DNA from: an uncultured Gammaproteobacteria bacterium
GTDB taxonomy: Bacteria; Patescibacteriota; Patescibacteriia; UBA1558; 2-01-FULL-52-15
Direction of reading: 5' to 3'
Assembly: GCA_964517065.1 (NCBI GenBank)
Contig: CAZFBK010000004.1
Span: 1 to 63,894, forward strand
Length of the DNA: 63,894 bases
The position numbers and the translations under genes are program-made. Below the pieces are notes generated by a model that made no database searches, was not told the origin of the DNA, and was given only the letters and a program-made list of their open reading frames with translations. Below are positions 8,531-16,328 of the stretch, in pieces (within the stretch, counting starts at the first letter, position 1; each line of letters starts with the position of its first letter).

Positions 8531-8587
8531 TTGACTATTTTCCATCATTCATCTAGTATTAAGACGGCTCTAATAAATTAGACGGCT
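8531..8587 (+). promoter_or_regulatory. Sigma-70-like promoter followed by two inverted GACGGCT boxes
   Basis: TTGACT (8531-8536), a 17-nt spacer, then TAGTAT (8554-8559). GACGGCT occurs at 8563 and 8581, 18 nt apart, and is the reverse complement of the AGCCGTC boxes. This is an operator-like position. Confidence 0.5.
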
Positions 8588-8593
8588 TATAAT

Positions 8594-9271
8594 ATGAATT
8601 TATACCCTTTCTCCCTATTATTAGTGGCTTTCATAAATTTTACCCTCGGTATCTATATATATTTCCGAAACAGAAAAAGCAATTTATATAAGATATTTCT
8701 AGGATTAACAACTTCGCTTGGTTTATGGTGCCTTGGTACTTTTTTTACGGTTCTTTATTCTGGAGATCTTAATCTATTTGGTTTCTTTGAACGTACTACA
8801 TTTGTCAGCGGTCTGTTGATCTCTCTATTTTTTTATATATTTTGCATCAACTTTCCCTATAAGAGCGCCTCATCTGGTAAATACCTCATTAGTTTATATG
8901 GTGCTATTATATTGATTTATACATACGTAATCTTTTTTACTACTTGGTTTGCACAAAACACAATATCTATAAACTCCTACACGACTTTGCAGCATAATGA
9001 TACATGGTTTATTTGTTGGGTGATTGCTTTTCTTCTACCACTTGTTGCTGGACTGCTTCAGCTATTTTATAAATTTAAAGCGACAGATGGTATTTATCGT
9101 GAATATTTATTAACCTTGTTGTTGGTCGCCGCCTTACCCATCCTTTTCAGCTTGTATTTCGATGTTTATCTGGTAGGATTGGAAAATTATCAATATAATA
9201 GTATATCTCCATTTTCATCTTTGCTTTTTGATTTTGCTATTTTAAGAATGATTTTAATTAAACGTCAATAG
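8594..9271 (+). CDS. Stand-alone 7TM membrane protein, paralogue 1 (like a histidine-kinase N-terminal 7TM domain)
   Basis: 225 aa and polytopic. The FRNRKSNLYKIFLGL...W block is shared with the next two ORFs and with the N-terminus of the kinase at 16329. Confidence 0.7.
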   Translation: MNLYPFSLLLVAFINFTLGIYIYFRNRKSNLYKIFLGLTTSLGLWCLGTFFTVLYSGDLNLFGFFERTTFVSGLLISLFFYIFCINFPYKSASSGKYLISLYGAIILIYTYVIFFTTWFAQNTISINSYTTLQHNDTWFICWVIAFLLPLVAGLLQLFYKFKATDGIYREYLLTLLLVAALPILFSLYFDVYLVGLENYQYNSISPFSSLLFDFAILRMILIKRQ

Positions 9272-9276
9272 TTTAT

Positions 9277-9963
9277 ATGGATCAAAGTATATTCGCGCTA
9301 CAACTAATCGGTCTTGCACTGGCAACTATCTTAAATTTGACTCTTGGGTTATTTGTTTTTTTTCGAAATCCAAAGGATTTAATATATAAGATTTTTTTAG
9401 CTCTAGCAGTTTCATTGGCTATTTGGTGTGCATCTATTTTTTTTGATTTATACTTTTACAATATTCCAGATCTATTGAATTTTTTTGATAGATTGCCATT
9501 TATTAGTGGCCTATTGATAGCTTTATTTTTTTACTTGTTTGCATTTCTTTATCCATACAAAAGCTCATCTATTTTTAAGTCAGCAATTTTGATTTATAGT
9601 GGAGTCATATTAGTATTTACTTACATTATATTTAGCTCGCTTTTTTTTATAGAAAATACGCAAAATTTTAATTTACCATTGCGTGCACCTAATCCAGCAA
9701 CCTATATAATTTATTCCGTAGTACTTGTAACTCCATTTATACTAGGTCTTTGGCAGCTTTATAGAAAGATGCGTGATGGTGACGGAGTATATCGCCAGGG
9801 TTTTCCTTTTTTTATTTCTATTGTTGCTATTGTAATTGCTTTGAGTTTCTTTTTTAATTTATTTTTGGCCGGGGTAAATAATAATTCCTTCATATCTGTA
9901 GGCCCTATTTCATCCCTGCTCTTTATTTATGCCATCATGCGCATGATAATTTCTAAGGAATAA
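9277..9963 (+). CDS. Stand-alone 7TM membrane protein, paralogue 2
   Basis: 228 aa, roughly half identical by eye to 8594-9271 (FFRNPKDLIYKIFLAL, FFYLFAFLYPYKSSS). Confidence 0.7.
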   Translation: MDQSIFALQLIGLALATILNLTLGLFVFFRNPKDLIYKIFLALAVSLAIWCASIFFDLYFYNIPDLLNFFDRLPFISGLLIALFFYLFAFLYPYKSSSIFKSAILIYSGVILVFTYIIFSSLFFIENTQNFNLPLRAPNPATYIIYSVVLVTPFILGLWQLYRKMRDGDGVYRQGFPFFISIVAIVIALSFFFNLFLAGVNNNSFISVGPISSLLFIYAIMRMIISKE

Positions 9964-9967
9964 AGTC

Positions 9968-10654
9968 ATGTTGATACAAGATTTACTAATAATTTTTACA
10001 GCTGGCATTAGCTTTGCCGTTGGGTTACTAATTGTTATGAGGGATAGACACGCGATGGTCAATATTATGTATTTTTTATTGACTATTTTCATGTCTTCTT
10101 GGGCGATCTCCCTGCTTATGTTTCGAACATACGAAGCTAACGATGTTGCTGAATTATTTGGTCGCTTCAGCTACATAGCAGGATTATTAATGGTCGTCTT
10201 TTTCTATATATTCACCAGATATTTCCCATATAGAGATCGTATGATTAGTAGAATAACAATAGCTTTCTTAGTGCTGATCTCAGCTATAACCATCTATATA
10301 ATGTTGTTTACTGATGTTCTAGTTAGTCGAGTGGTTGTTATCAACGGTGTTGTCTCTATGGTGACAAATCCATTTGTGCACGGCGCGTATGGTTTAATGC
10401 TACTGACACTTCTTATTTTGGGTATTGCGAACTTATTTCTCAAAAAACATAACAGCGGCGGGGATCACAGGAAGCAAATAGATTCGCTTTTAAGGGTGAG
10501 TTTAGTGGCTGGTATTTTTGGTGCAGTGTTTGATATTTTTCTGCCTATATTTGGTGATTATAGTTGGAATTGGTTAGGGCCGCAATTTTTAGTACTACTA
10601 TCCGTAGCGGTTGGTATGATTATTTATTCTCATAAGTTCACAGTACATGGGTAA
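9968..10654 (+). CDS. Stand-alone 7TM membrane protein, paralogue 3 (more divergent)
   Basis: 228 aa with the same topology and the motif FFYIFTRYFPYRD. Confidence 0.65.
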   Translation: MLIQDLLIIFTAGISFAVGLLIVMRDRHAMVNIMYFLLTIFMSSWAISLLMFRTYEANDVAELFGRFSYIAGLLMVVFFYIFTRYFPYRDRMISRITIAFLVLISAITIYIMLFTDVLVSRVVVINGVVSMVTNPFVHGAYGLMLLTLLILGIANLFLKKHNSGGDHRKQIDSLLRVSLVAGIFGAVFDIFLPIFGDYSWNWLGPQFLVLLSVAVGMIIYSHKFTVHG

Positions 10655-11615
10655 ACGTAAGAAAATAGCTTTAATCTTCGCCACGGGGACGGTTCTGTCG
10701 TCATTGAAGAGCCGCAGTATTGTTTTTGTTGATTCTGATACTGATATGTCGAAATGGTTGGAAGCTATTCCGGAGATTGGGTTGATCGCTGATATTCAAC
10801 CTCATTTTTTCTTATCTGAGTCAGCTACCTTCGGATATGACCAGACATTAGTATTATCTGAGAAGATTCAGCAGTTGACTGCAGAGGTGGACGGTATCGT
10901 TATTCTGATGCGAACAGAAAGCATTGTCTCACAGTCGGTATTACTGAACTTCCTTAATCAAAATCTAGCTATTCCCGTTATACTGACTGGTGCGGTGGTT
11001 TCACCTCAAGCTCTGACGGAAGGGGTCTTGTCAGAAGTATTCAAAAAAAGTGTAGCCTTGAGTTTGAAAAGTAATGTCATTAACGCCATTCAGGTAGCGA
11101 CTCGCGATTTTCATGGTTTTGGTATCATGTACGGCAACCGTTTGATCGAGCCGGTACGTGTCAGACGTGAAAATATTGAAAGTCTTAATATCTTTGCTGC
11201 TGCTGACGGCAAATACGCCGGCCGTGTAGAGTTCGGCATTAGTTTGAATCAAGGCAAAACAACAAGTAGACAGCCCAAACATTATCAGGCTTTTTCACGT
11301 CGGGTAGCTATTTTAGACTCATCTTTATTGACTGTAGATGATTTGAAAAAAGTGACAGCCGAAGCTGTTATTATCAAAATTCGAGAAAATGAACGTCTAG
11401 CAGACGATATCCATCAGGCCATACGTCACCTGAAGCAGCCAGTGATGCTATATAACTTCTGGTATGTATTGGAACATTCCGGTCTCGTGACCGTTGCGCG
11501 AATGACAGAGGCTAGTCTGCTGGCGAAAGTTATGTGGCTTCTGGCGTTGCGTCCGTCCAAGAAAGATTTCGAACGTACGATCACTGAGAACGTGATAGGG
11601 GAGATATTGTCATGA
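10647..11615 (+). CDS. Asparaginase/glutaminase (GatD-like) family protein with a divergent active site
   Basis: KKIALIFATGTV compares with the asparaginase ILATGGTI block, VILMRTES with HGTDT, and IPVILTGA with PVVLTGA. The similarity is at family level only. Confidence 0.4.
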   Translation: MGKRKKIALIFATGTVLSSLKSRSIVFVDSDTDMSKWLEAIPEIGLIADIQPHFFLSESATFGYDQTLVLSEKIQQLTAEVDGIVILMRTESIVSQSVLLNFLNQNLAIPVILTGAVVSPQALTEGVLSEVFKKSVALSLKSNVINAIQVATRDFHGFGIMYGNRLIEPVRVRRENIESLNIFAAADGKYAGRVEFGISLNQGKTTSRQPKHYQAFSRRVAILDSSLLTVDDLKKVTAEAVIIKIRENERLADDIHQAIRHLKQPVMLYNFWYVLEHSGLVTVARMTEASLLAKVMWLLALRPSKKDFERTITENVIGEILS

Positions 11616-12178
11616 GAATCTATTATTTCGCTAATGTGAAGAATCCGACTCAACTGCTGATCTTCCAGGAGACTTCTCAGCTTTTGCGTAAATACGGTTT
11701 ATCCATAATTGATAACGTCAAATCAAAACCAGATTTTGAGATGGGAGAGCAGGGAGGGATTGAGCAAATTGATGCTGTTGTGATCGATTCCAGCGGATTA
11801 GACGCAGAAGCAGGCTATTTATTGGCCGTAGCTATCGCTCATAAAAAGCCGGTTTTATATATGCTACCCACAGGATCTAAGCTTGATGATTCGGTTAAGG
11901 CTTTGACGCTTAATAAATCGATTAAAGAATATTTGCGGGTGGAGTTTTTCCTACCCGGCAATTTTGGCGCTAAGGTCAAAGAATTTTTACATTTTTTGGA
12001 TCAGGACATTGGCAAAGAAGCGCATTCAGTCAAATTCACTCTGCGTCTGACACCGAAGATTGAACGCTATCTGAATTGGAAAGCCGAGCAGAAAAAATCC
12101 AACAAAGCTGATTTTGTCCGTCAACAGTTAGAGGAGATGATGAAGCATGACGAGGATTACCGCAGCCGGTTGAGTTAG
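11612..12178 (+). CDS. Nucleoside 2-deoxyribosyltransferase-like domain fused to a C-terminal ribbon-helix-helix domain
   Basis: N-terminal MRIYYFAN plus IDAVVIDSSGLDAEAGYLLAVAIAHKKPV resemble the NDT/Rcl pattern (YxAG ... D.G...E.G.A...KPV). C-terminal KFTLRLTPKIERYLNWKAEQKKSNKADFVRQQLEEMM looks like a CopG/Arc RHH. Confidence 0.45.
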   Translation: MRIYYFANVKNPTQLLIFQETSQLLRKYGLSIIDNVKSKPDFEMGEQGGIEQIDAVVIDSSGLDAEAGYLLAVAIAHKKPVLYMLPTGSKLDDSVKALTLNKSIKEYLRVEFFLPGNFGAKVKEFLHFLDQDIGKEAHSVKFTLRLTPKIERYLNWKAEQKKSNKADFVRQQLEEMMKHDEDYRSRLS

Positions 12179-12191
12179 TCTGTCATTGTGA

Positions 12192-12248
12192 ACCACCTCA
12201 GGTCTTGGGGACCTGCCCCTCCTTTTAAAAGGAGGGGAACGGGGTGGT
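12192..12248 (+). repeat. 57-nt multi-stem palindromic element, copy 1
   Basis: ACCACCTC-AGGTC..GACCT-CCCCTCCTTTT/AAAAGGAGGGG-GGGGTGGT. It is nearly identical to 19652-19708. Confidence 0.85.
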
Positions 12249-12293
12249 TGCATTTTCTCCGGATTTGTACCATAATTCTGCCAAGTATAGACT

Positions 12294-13121
12294 ATGAATG
12301 GTGTAATAGCTCAACCAGCCAATTCTTCAGTGCTCGACTATGCCAGCAGGACAGACCTGAAGGCTAACGGCCGACCTTTTTTTTACGCCGCTGCTGACGG
12401 TAATCAAAAAACACTCGTAGTGCTGGTTCACGGTTTTAGTGGTTCGCCTTATGATCTGAGTGAATTAGGTCGTTACCTAGCTGATAATAATGTTAACGCT
12501 CGGGGAGTACTCTTAGCCGGTCATGGTGGTGATTATGCCACCTTTGCCCCGACGAGTCATATTGATTGGTGGCATAGCGTCAAGCTGGAGATAGATCGCT
12601 ACAAAGACGGCTATGATCAGATCTTTCTCATGGGCTATTCCTTTGGTTCCAATCTGGTCATCGATATCGCCTGTCGCTTCCCAGAATTAGCCACTGGCGT
12701 AATCTGTATGAGTCCTTCGGTCTACATTCGCAAACACAACAGGGTTCGATTTTTGAACGCTGTTTTTTCTTTATTCACTGACCACGTAGACAAACGCCGT
12801 ATGCCTCGCGAACGGCGCGCTATGTATGAGGCCGGCGGACGACATATCACTGTCTCGACGCGTAGTCTTGGAAGCTTTTTTGATTTTATTGAGTCCTATA
12901 CCAAACGTCAATTACCATTATTTCGTTCACCAATACTGTTGATTCATTCTCGTGATGACTACGCTTCTAGTCCGCGGAGTTCAGAGTACATTTTCGAAAA
13001 AATTGGTAGCGATGACAAAGAGCTCTTCATGATCAATGAGTTTGAACACAATCCATTGAACAGTAATAGCCGAAACGTTATATTTTCTAAGATTTTAGAA
13101 TTCATCGTTGAACATAGCTGA
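12294..13121 (+). CDS. Alpha/beta hydrolase (carboxylesterase/lipase-like)
   Basis: It has the HGFSGSP oxyanion region and the GYSFGS nucleophile elbow (GxSxG). Confidence 0.75.
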   Translation: MNGVIAQPANSSVLDYASRTDLKANGRPFFYAAADGNQKTLVVLVHGFSGSPYDLSELGRYLADNNVNARGVLLAGHGGDYATFAPTSHIDWWHSVKLEIDRYKDGYDQIFLMGYSFGSNLVIDIACRFPELATGVICMSPSVYIRKHNRVRFLNAVFSLFTDHVDKRRMPRERRAMYEAGGRHITVSTRSLGSFFDFIESYTKRQLPLFRSPILLIHSRDDYASSPRSSEYIFEKIGSDDKELFMINEFEHNPLNSNSRNVIFSKILEFIVEHS

Positions 13122-14803
13122 TGAATACTATTTTTCATAGATTCAGAGACATAGCAACTGCCCATAGCTCACGTATCTTTGTCGGGGACATTGTTGATGG
13201 TCGTATACAGCGTCAGACGTATGCTCAGATTTTGGACCAAGTGCAGTGTTTGGCTGCTTATTTTGGTTCTCTGGGTTTGCAGGCCGGAGACCGTGTAGCC
13301 TTGGTAGTGCCAAACTCAGCCGACTGGATTATTATCGATCTAGCCTGCGCGCAGCTTGGTCTGATTGATGTCCCGATCCATACAACGTATAGTTGGAATT
13401 ACATTCGTTACGCCGTTGAGCATTCAGGAGCTTCTGTTCTTGTTGCAGATAGCGTCCAATGGCGCAAGCACCAGACAGAGATTATGAATTTGGGATTACA
13501 GCAAGTGATCGTTCGGGGTGTCGACGACGTTGCTGCACCTGCGATTAGTTTGGCCACCTGCCTACAAGCAGAGCCGCTGAAAGAGTCAGTGAAAGTTTCT
13601 GAACACGACGTGCATACCATTGTCTATACTTCTGGTACTACAGCAGATCCAAAAGGTGTGATGCTGACGCATGATAATATTCTTTTTGATGCTGATGCCT
13701 CTCGACAAGTCATACCAATCACACCAGCTGACAGCTTTTTCTCTTTTTTGCCCTTGTCACATATGTTGGAGCGTACCGGCTGTTACTACACCGTCATGTC
13801 AGTCGGTGCCTCGGTATATTTTGCCAGCAGCAATGACAAGATTGGTGAAGAAGTGACGCTTGTCCGACCGACGATCATGCTCGCTGTGCCACGTATGTTC
13901 GAGAAAATGCATGAGAAAATTTTTGATACTATCGATAGCGGACCGGCTTGGAAGAAGCGATTATTTTTCAGAGCCTTACGAAGCAGACAAGGAGCACATC
14001 CTCTGGCACAGTGGTTCTATGAGGTACTCGTATTCAAAACAATCAAAGCCAAGTTGGGCGGTAGCTTGCGCTTTGTGGTCTCGGGTGGAGCATCACTGGA
14101 CCGCAAGATAGCCAAATTTTTCCAAACGATCGGTTTGCCAATCCTCGAAGGCTATGGTCTGACCGAGACTGCACCAGTTGTGGCTGTGAACCGATTGACC
14201 CAGACAAAAATAGGCACGGTTGGATTGCTTTTACCGGGCGTAGAGGTTACAATAGATAAAGAAAAGCAGATCTTGATCCGCGGTCGCAACGTGATGAAAG
14301 GATATTATAATAATGAAGTAGCGACGCAGGAAGCGATTGATAGTGAGGGATGGTTTCATTCCGGTGATATGGGCTTCATGGACAGTGAGGGTTACCTGAC
14401 GGTCGTTGGCCGGATCAAAGAATTGATCGTGCTGACCAACGGTAAAAAAGTGAATCCTGTTCCATTAGAGATATCACTGAACCGAAGTCGCTATATCAGT
14501 CAGAGTATGGTCTATGGCGATGGCCATAATCATCTGTCAGCTATCATCGTGCCTGATTTCAAAGAGCTGAATCTGTGGTTAGAGTCAGAGCAAATCATGA
14601 AGACGGGGATAGAATCACTAGTCATGTCACAGGTGAAGGAGCTCTTTGCCATGGAGATTAAGGATTGTTTGAAAGAGTATAATAGTATCGAGCAGGTAGT
14701 TGATTTCACATTAATAAGCGAAGAGTTTAGTCAGGAGAATGATTTCGTGACTCCAACACAAAAATTAAAAAGGAAGAAGATACAGAATTTTTTCACACAT
14801 TAG
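13121..14803 (+). CDS. Long-chain fatty acid--CoA ligase (AMP-binding family)
   Basis: It has the AMP-binding motif YTSGTTADPKGV and the motif EGYGLTET. 560 aa. Confidence 0.85.
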   Translation: MNTIFHRFRDIATAHSSRIFVGDIVDGRIQRQTYAQILDQVQCLAAYFGSLGLQAGDRVALVVPNSADWIIIDLACAQLGLIDVPIHTTYSWNYIRYAVEHSGASVLVADSVQWRKHQTEIMNLGLQQVIVRGVDDVAAPAISLATCLQAEPLKESVKVSEHDVHTIVYTSGTTADPKGVMLTHDNILFDADASRQVIPITPADSFFSFLPLSHMLERTGCYYTVMSVGASVYFASSNDKIGEEVTLVRPTIMLAVPRMFEKMHEKIFDTIDSGPAWKKRLFFRALRSRQGAHPLAQWFYEVLVFKTIKAKLGGSLRFVVSGGASLDRKIAKFFQTIGLPILEGYGLTETAPVVAVNRLTQTKIGTVGLLLPGVEVTIDKEKQILIRGRNVMKGYYNNEVATQEAIDSEGWFHSGDMGFMDSEGYLTVVGRIKELIVLTNGKKVNPVPLEISLNRSRYISQSMVYGDGHNHLSAIIVPDFKELNLWLESEQIMKTGIESLVMSQVKELFAMEIKDCLKEYNSIEQVVDFTLISEEFSQENDFVTPTQKLKRKKIQNFFTH

Positions 14804-14808
14804 TATTT

Positions 14809-15516
14809 ATGAGATCATCATCGTCTACAGCGCTAACCACAAAATTTTACCTTGGTGATCAATTAAATGATCTATTAAGTCAAAAAAATAAAGGTTTATT
14901 AGATCAGATTATTCAATGTTATATTGAGGTTTTTAATGAAAGTTGGGGTGAGAAATGGGATTACGAATCTGCGTCAAATGAGATAACAAGCAGTTTTAAA
15001 AACAATAAAAGTAGAATCCCATTAGCCGTTTTTTTATTTGATAAATCTCGAGTAGTTGGGTTTGCATGGGCCATAATTACAGATATTATCCATATCGAGT
15101 CTGAAAAAGACATGCCTTTTAATATTTTAAAAGGTGAGAAAAACGATGGTGTTGATTCTTTGAAATTTTGGATGAAAATATGGGGCAAAAAAAGTATTTT
15201 AGTTTTTCGAGAAATGGGAGTTCTCAAATCATATAGGGGAGGACATGCTCTCTCGTTATTTTTACCAATAATTAAGTCAGCTAGGGAAAATAATTGTGAC
15301 TATATAAATTATTGGACATCTCCAGAAAGTGCGACTTTTAAACTTGGATTGTCAATTGGTTTTTGGCCGATTAAGATTTTTAATAAAAATGACTTAATAT
15401 TATTGATGGGAAATATGAATTATGTATTCTCCTTATTAAAGAAATATAAAAGTCGTAACATATTAAGTAAGATTGAGTTCAAAGGGCGGTTAAGGGGTAA
15501 TATTATTAAATATTAA
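14809..15516 (+). CDS. GNAT-like acyltransferase (weak)
   Basis: VFREMGVLKSYRGGHALSLFL resembles GNAT motif A. The segment is strongly AT-rich. Confidence 0.35.
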   Translation: MRSSSSTALTTKFYLGDQLNDLLSQKNKGLLDQIIQCYIEVFNESWGEKWDYESASNEITSSFKNNKSRIPLAVFLFDKSRVVGFAWAIITDIIHIESEKDMPFNILKGEKNDGVDSLKFWMKIWGKKSILVFREMGVLKSYRGGHALSLFLPIIKSARENNCDYINYWTSPESATFKLGLSIGFWPIKIFNKNDLILLMGNMNYVFSLLKKYKSRNILSKIEFKGRLRGNIIKY

Positions 15517-15531
15517 ATATAGTTAGCACTC

Positions 15532-16323
15532 ATGAATTTAAAAAAAATAATGTCAACTGAGGATAATTTTTGTGAAGGTGCGTTGTTATCAAAATCGGGC
15601 CACTACTTACTCGGTATTAACCTGTCTGTTTCAAAGGTGACAAATAAGTTTTCTGACGAACACTCTCATGTATTAGATGAGATTAATGCATTCGACAGAG
15701 CAGAGGTTGAAAACTTCAATATGGGTCAAATTAATATGATTGTAGTTTCATCATTCTCTGGTCCAAAGGGTGCCATTTGGGGGTTTGACTTATGCTCGAC
15801 TCCGCTAATTAAGAATAACTATTCTATAAATTTAAAGAGTATCGATGTTTATGATCTAGATAATCTAATCGATGCACTTAAAAGTCTTTTTGGCACAGTT
15901 AGTAAACCTAGATTTCCTCTACTCCCAGGTTCACACGTTCCTTGCGCCTCTAAGTCAATTTATAGAGAAGGTCCGGGTATTCTTTATTCCGCGCTTGCTC
16001 TTGGTGTGTCTGAAAATAGAAATAATGCCTGTTTACTAATGGAAGATGTAGGAACTCTGAATTTAAAAGACAGTGTTAGAAATCAAGAAATAAAAATTAC
16101 CAGCAGACTTGTAGATAGTGTCGTCGAGATTGGTAAGAATCAAAATTACAAATTTAAGAAAATATTTGTTGGAATGAAAACCATTATATTGCATGAAGGG
16201 GAGACGGGTTGTGCCTTAGTAGCTTGTCCGTATTTCTTGCTTGCAAAGAAAGCGGTGAAAAAAAGTCACAATTTGGCTAATATATCACTTGAAAAGTGGG
16301 AAAACATACAAAGATTTAAATAG
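15532..16323 (+). CDS. Pyruvoyl-dependent decarboxylase of the HdcA (histidine decarboxylase) family
   Basis: VLDEINAFDRAEVENFNMGQINMIVVSSFSG matches my recollection of Lactobacillus 30a HdcA around the Ser-Ser self-cleavage site (VLDGIVSYDRAETKNAYIGQINMTTASSFTG). The SS pair is encoded at 15748-15753. LPGSHVPCASK and LLMEDVGT also align. Confidence 0.7.
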   Translation: MNLKKIMSTEDNFCEGALLSKSGHYLLGINLSVSKVTNKFSDEHSHVLDEINAFDRAEVENFNMGQINMIVVSSFSGPKGAIWGFDLCSTPLIKNNYSINLKSIDVYDLDNLIDALKSLFGTVSKPRFPLLPGSHVPCASKSIYREGPGILYSALALGVSENRNNACLLMEDVGTLNLKDSVRNQEIKITSRLVDSVVEIGKNQNYKFKKIFVGMKTIILHEGETGCALVACPYFLLAKKAVKKSHNLANISLEKWENIQRFK

Positions 16324-16328
16324 ACTAA

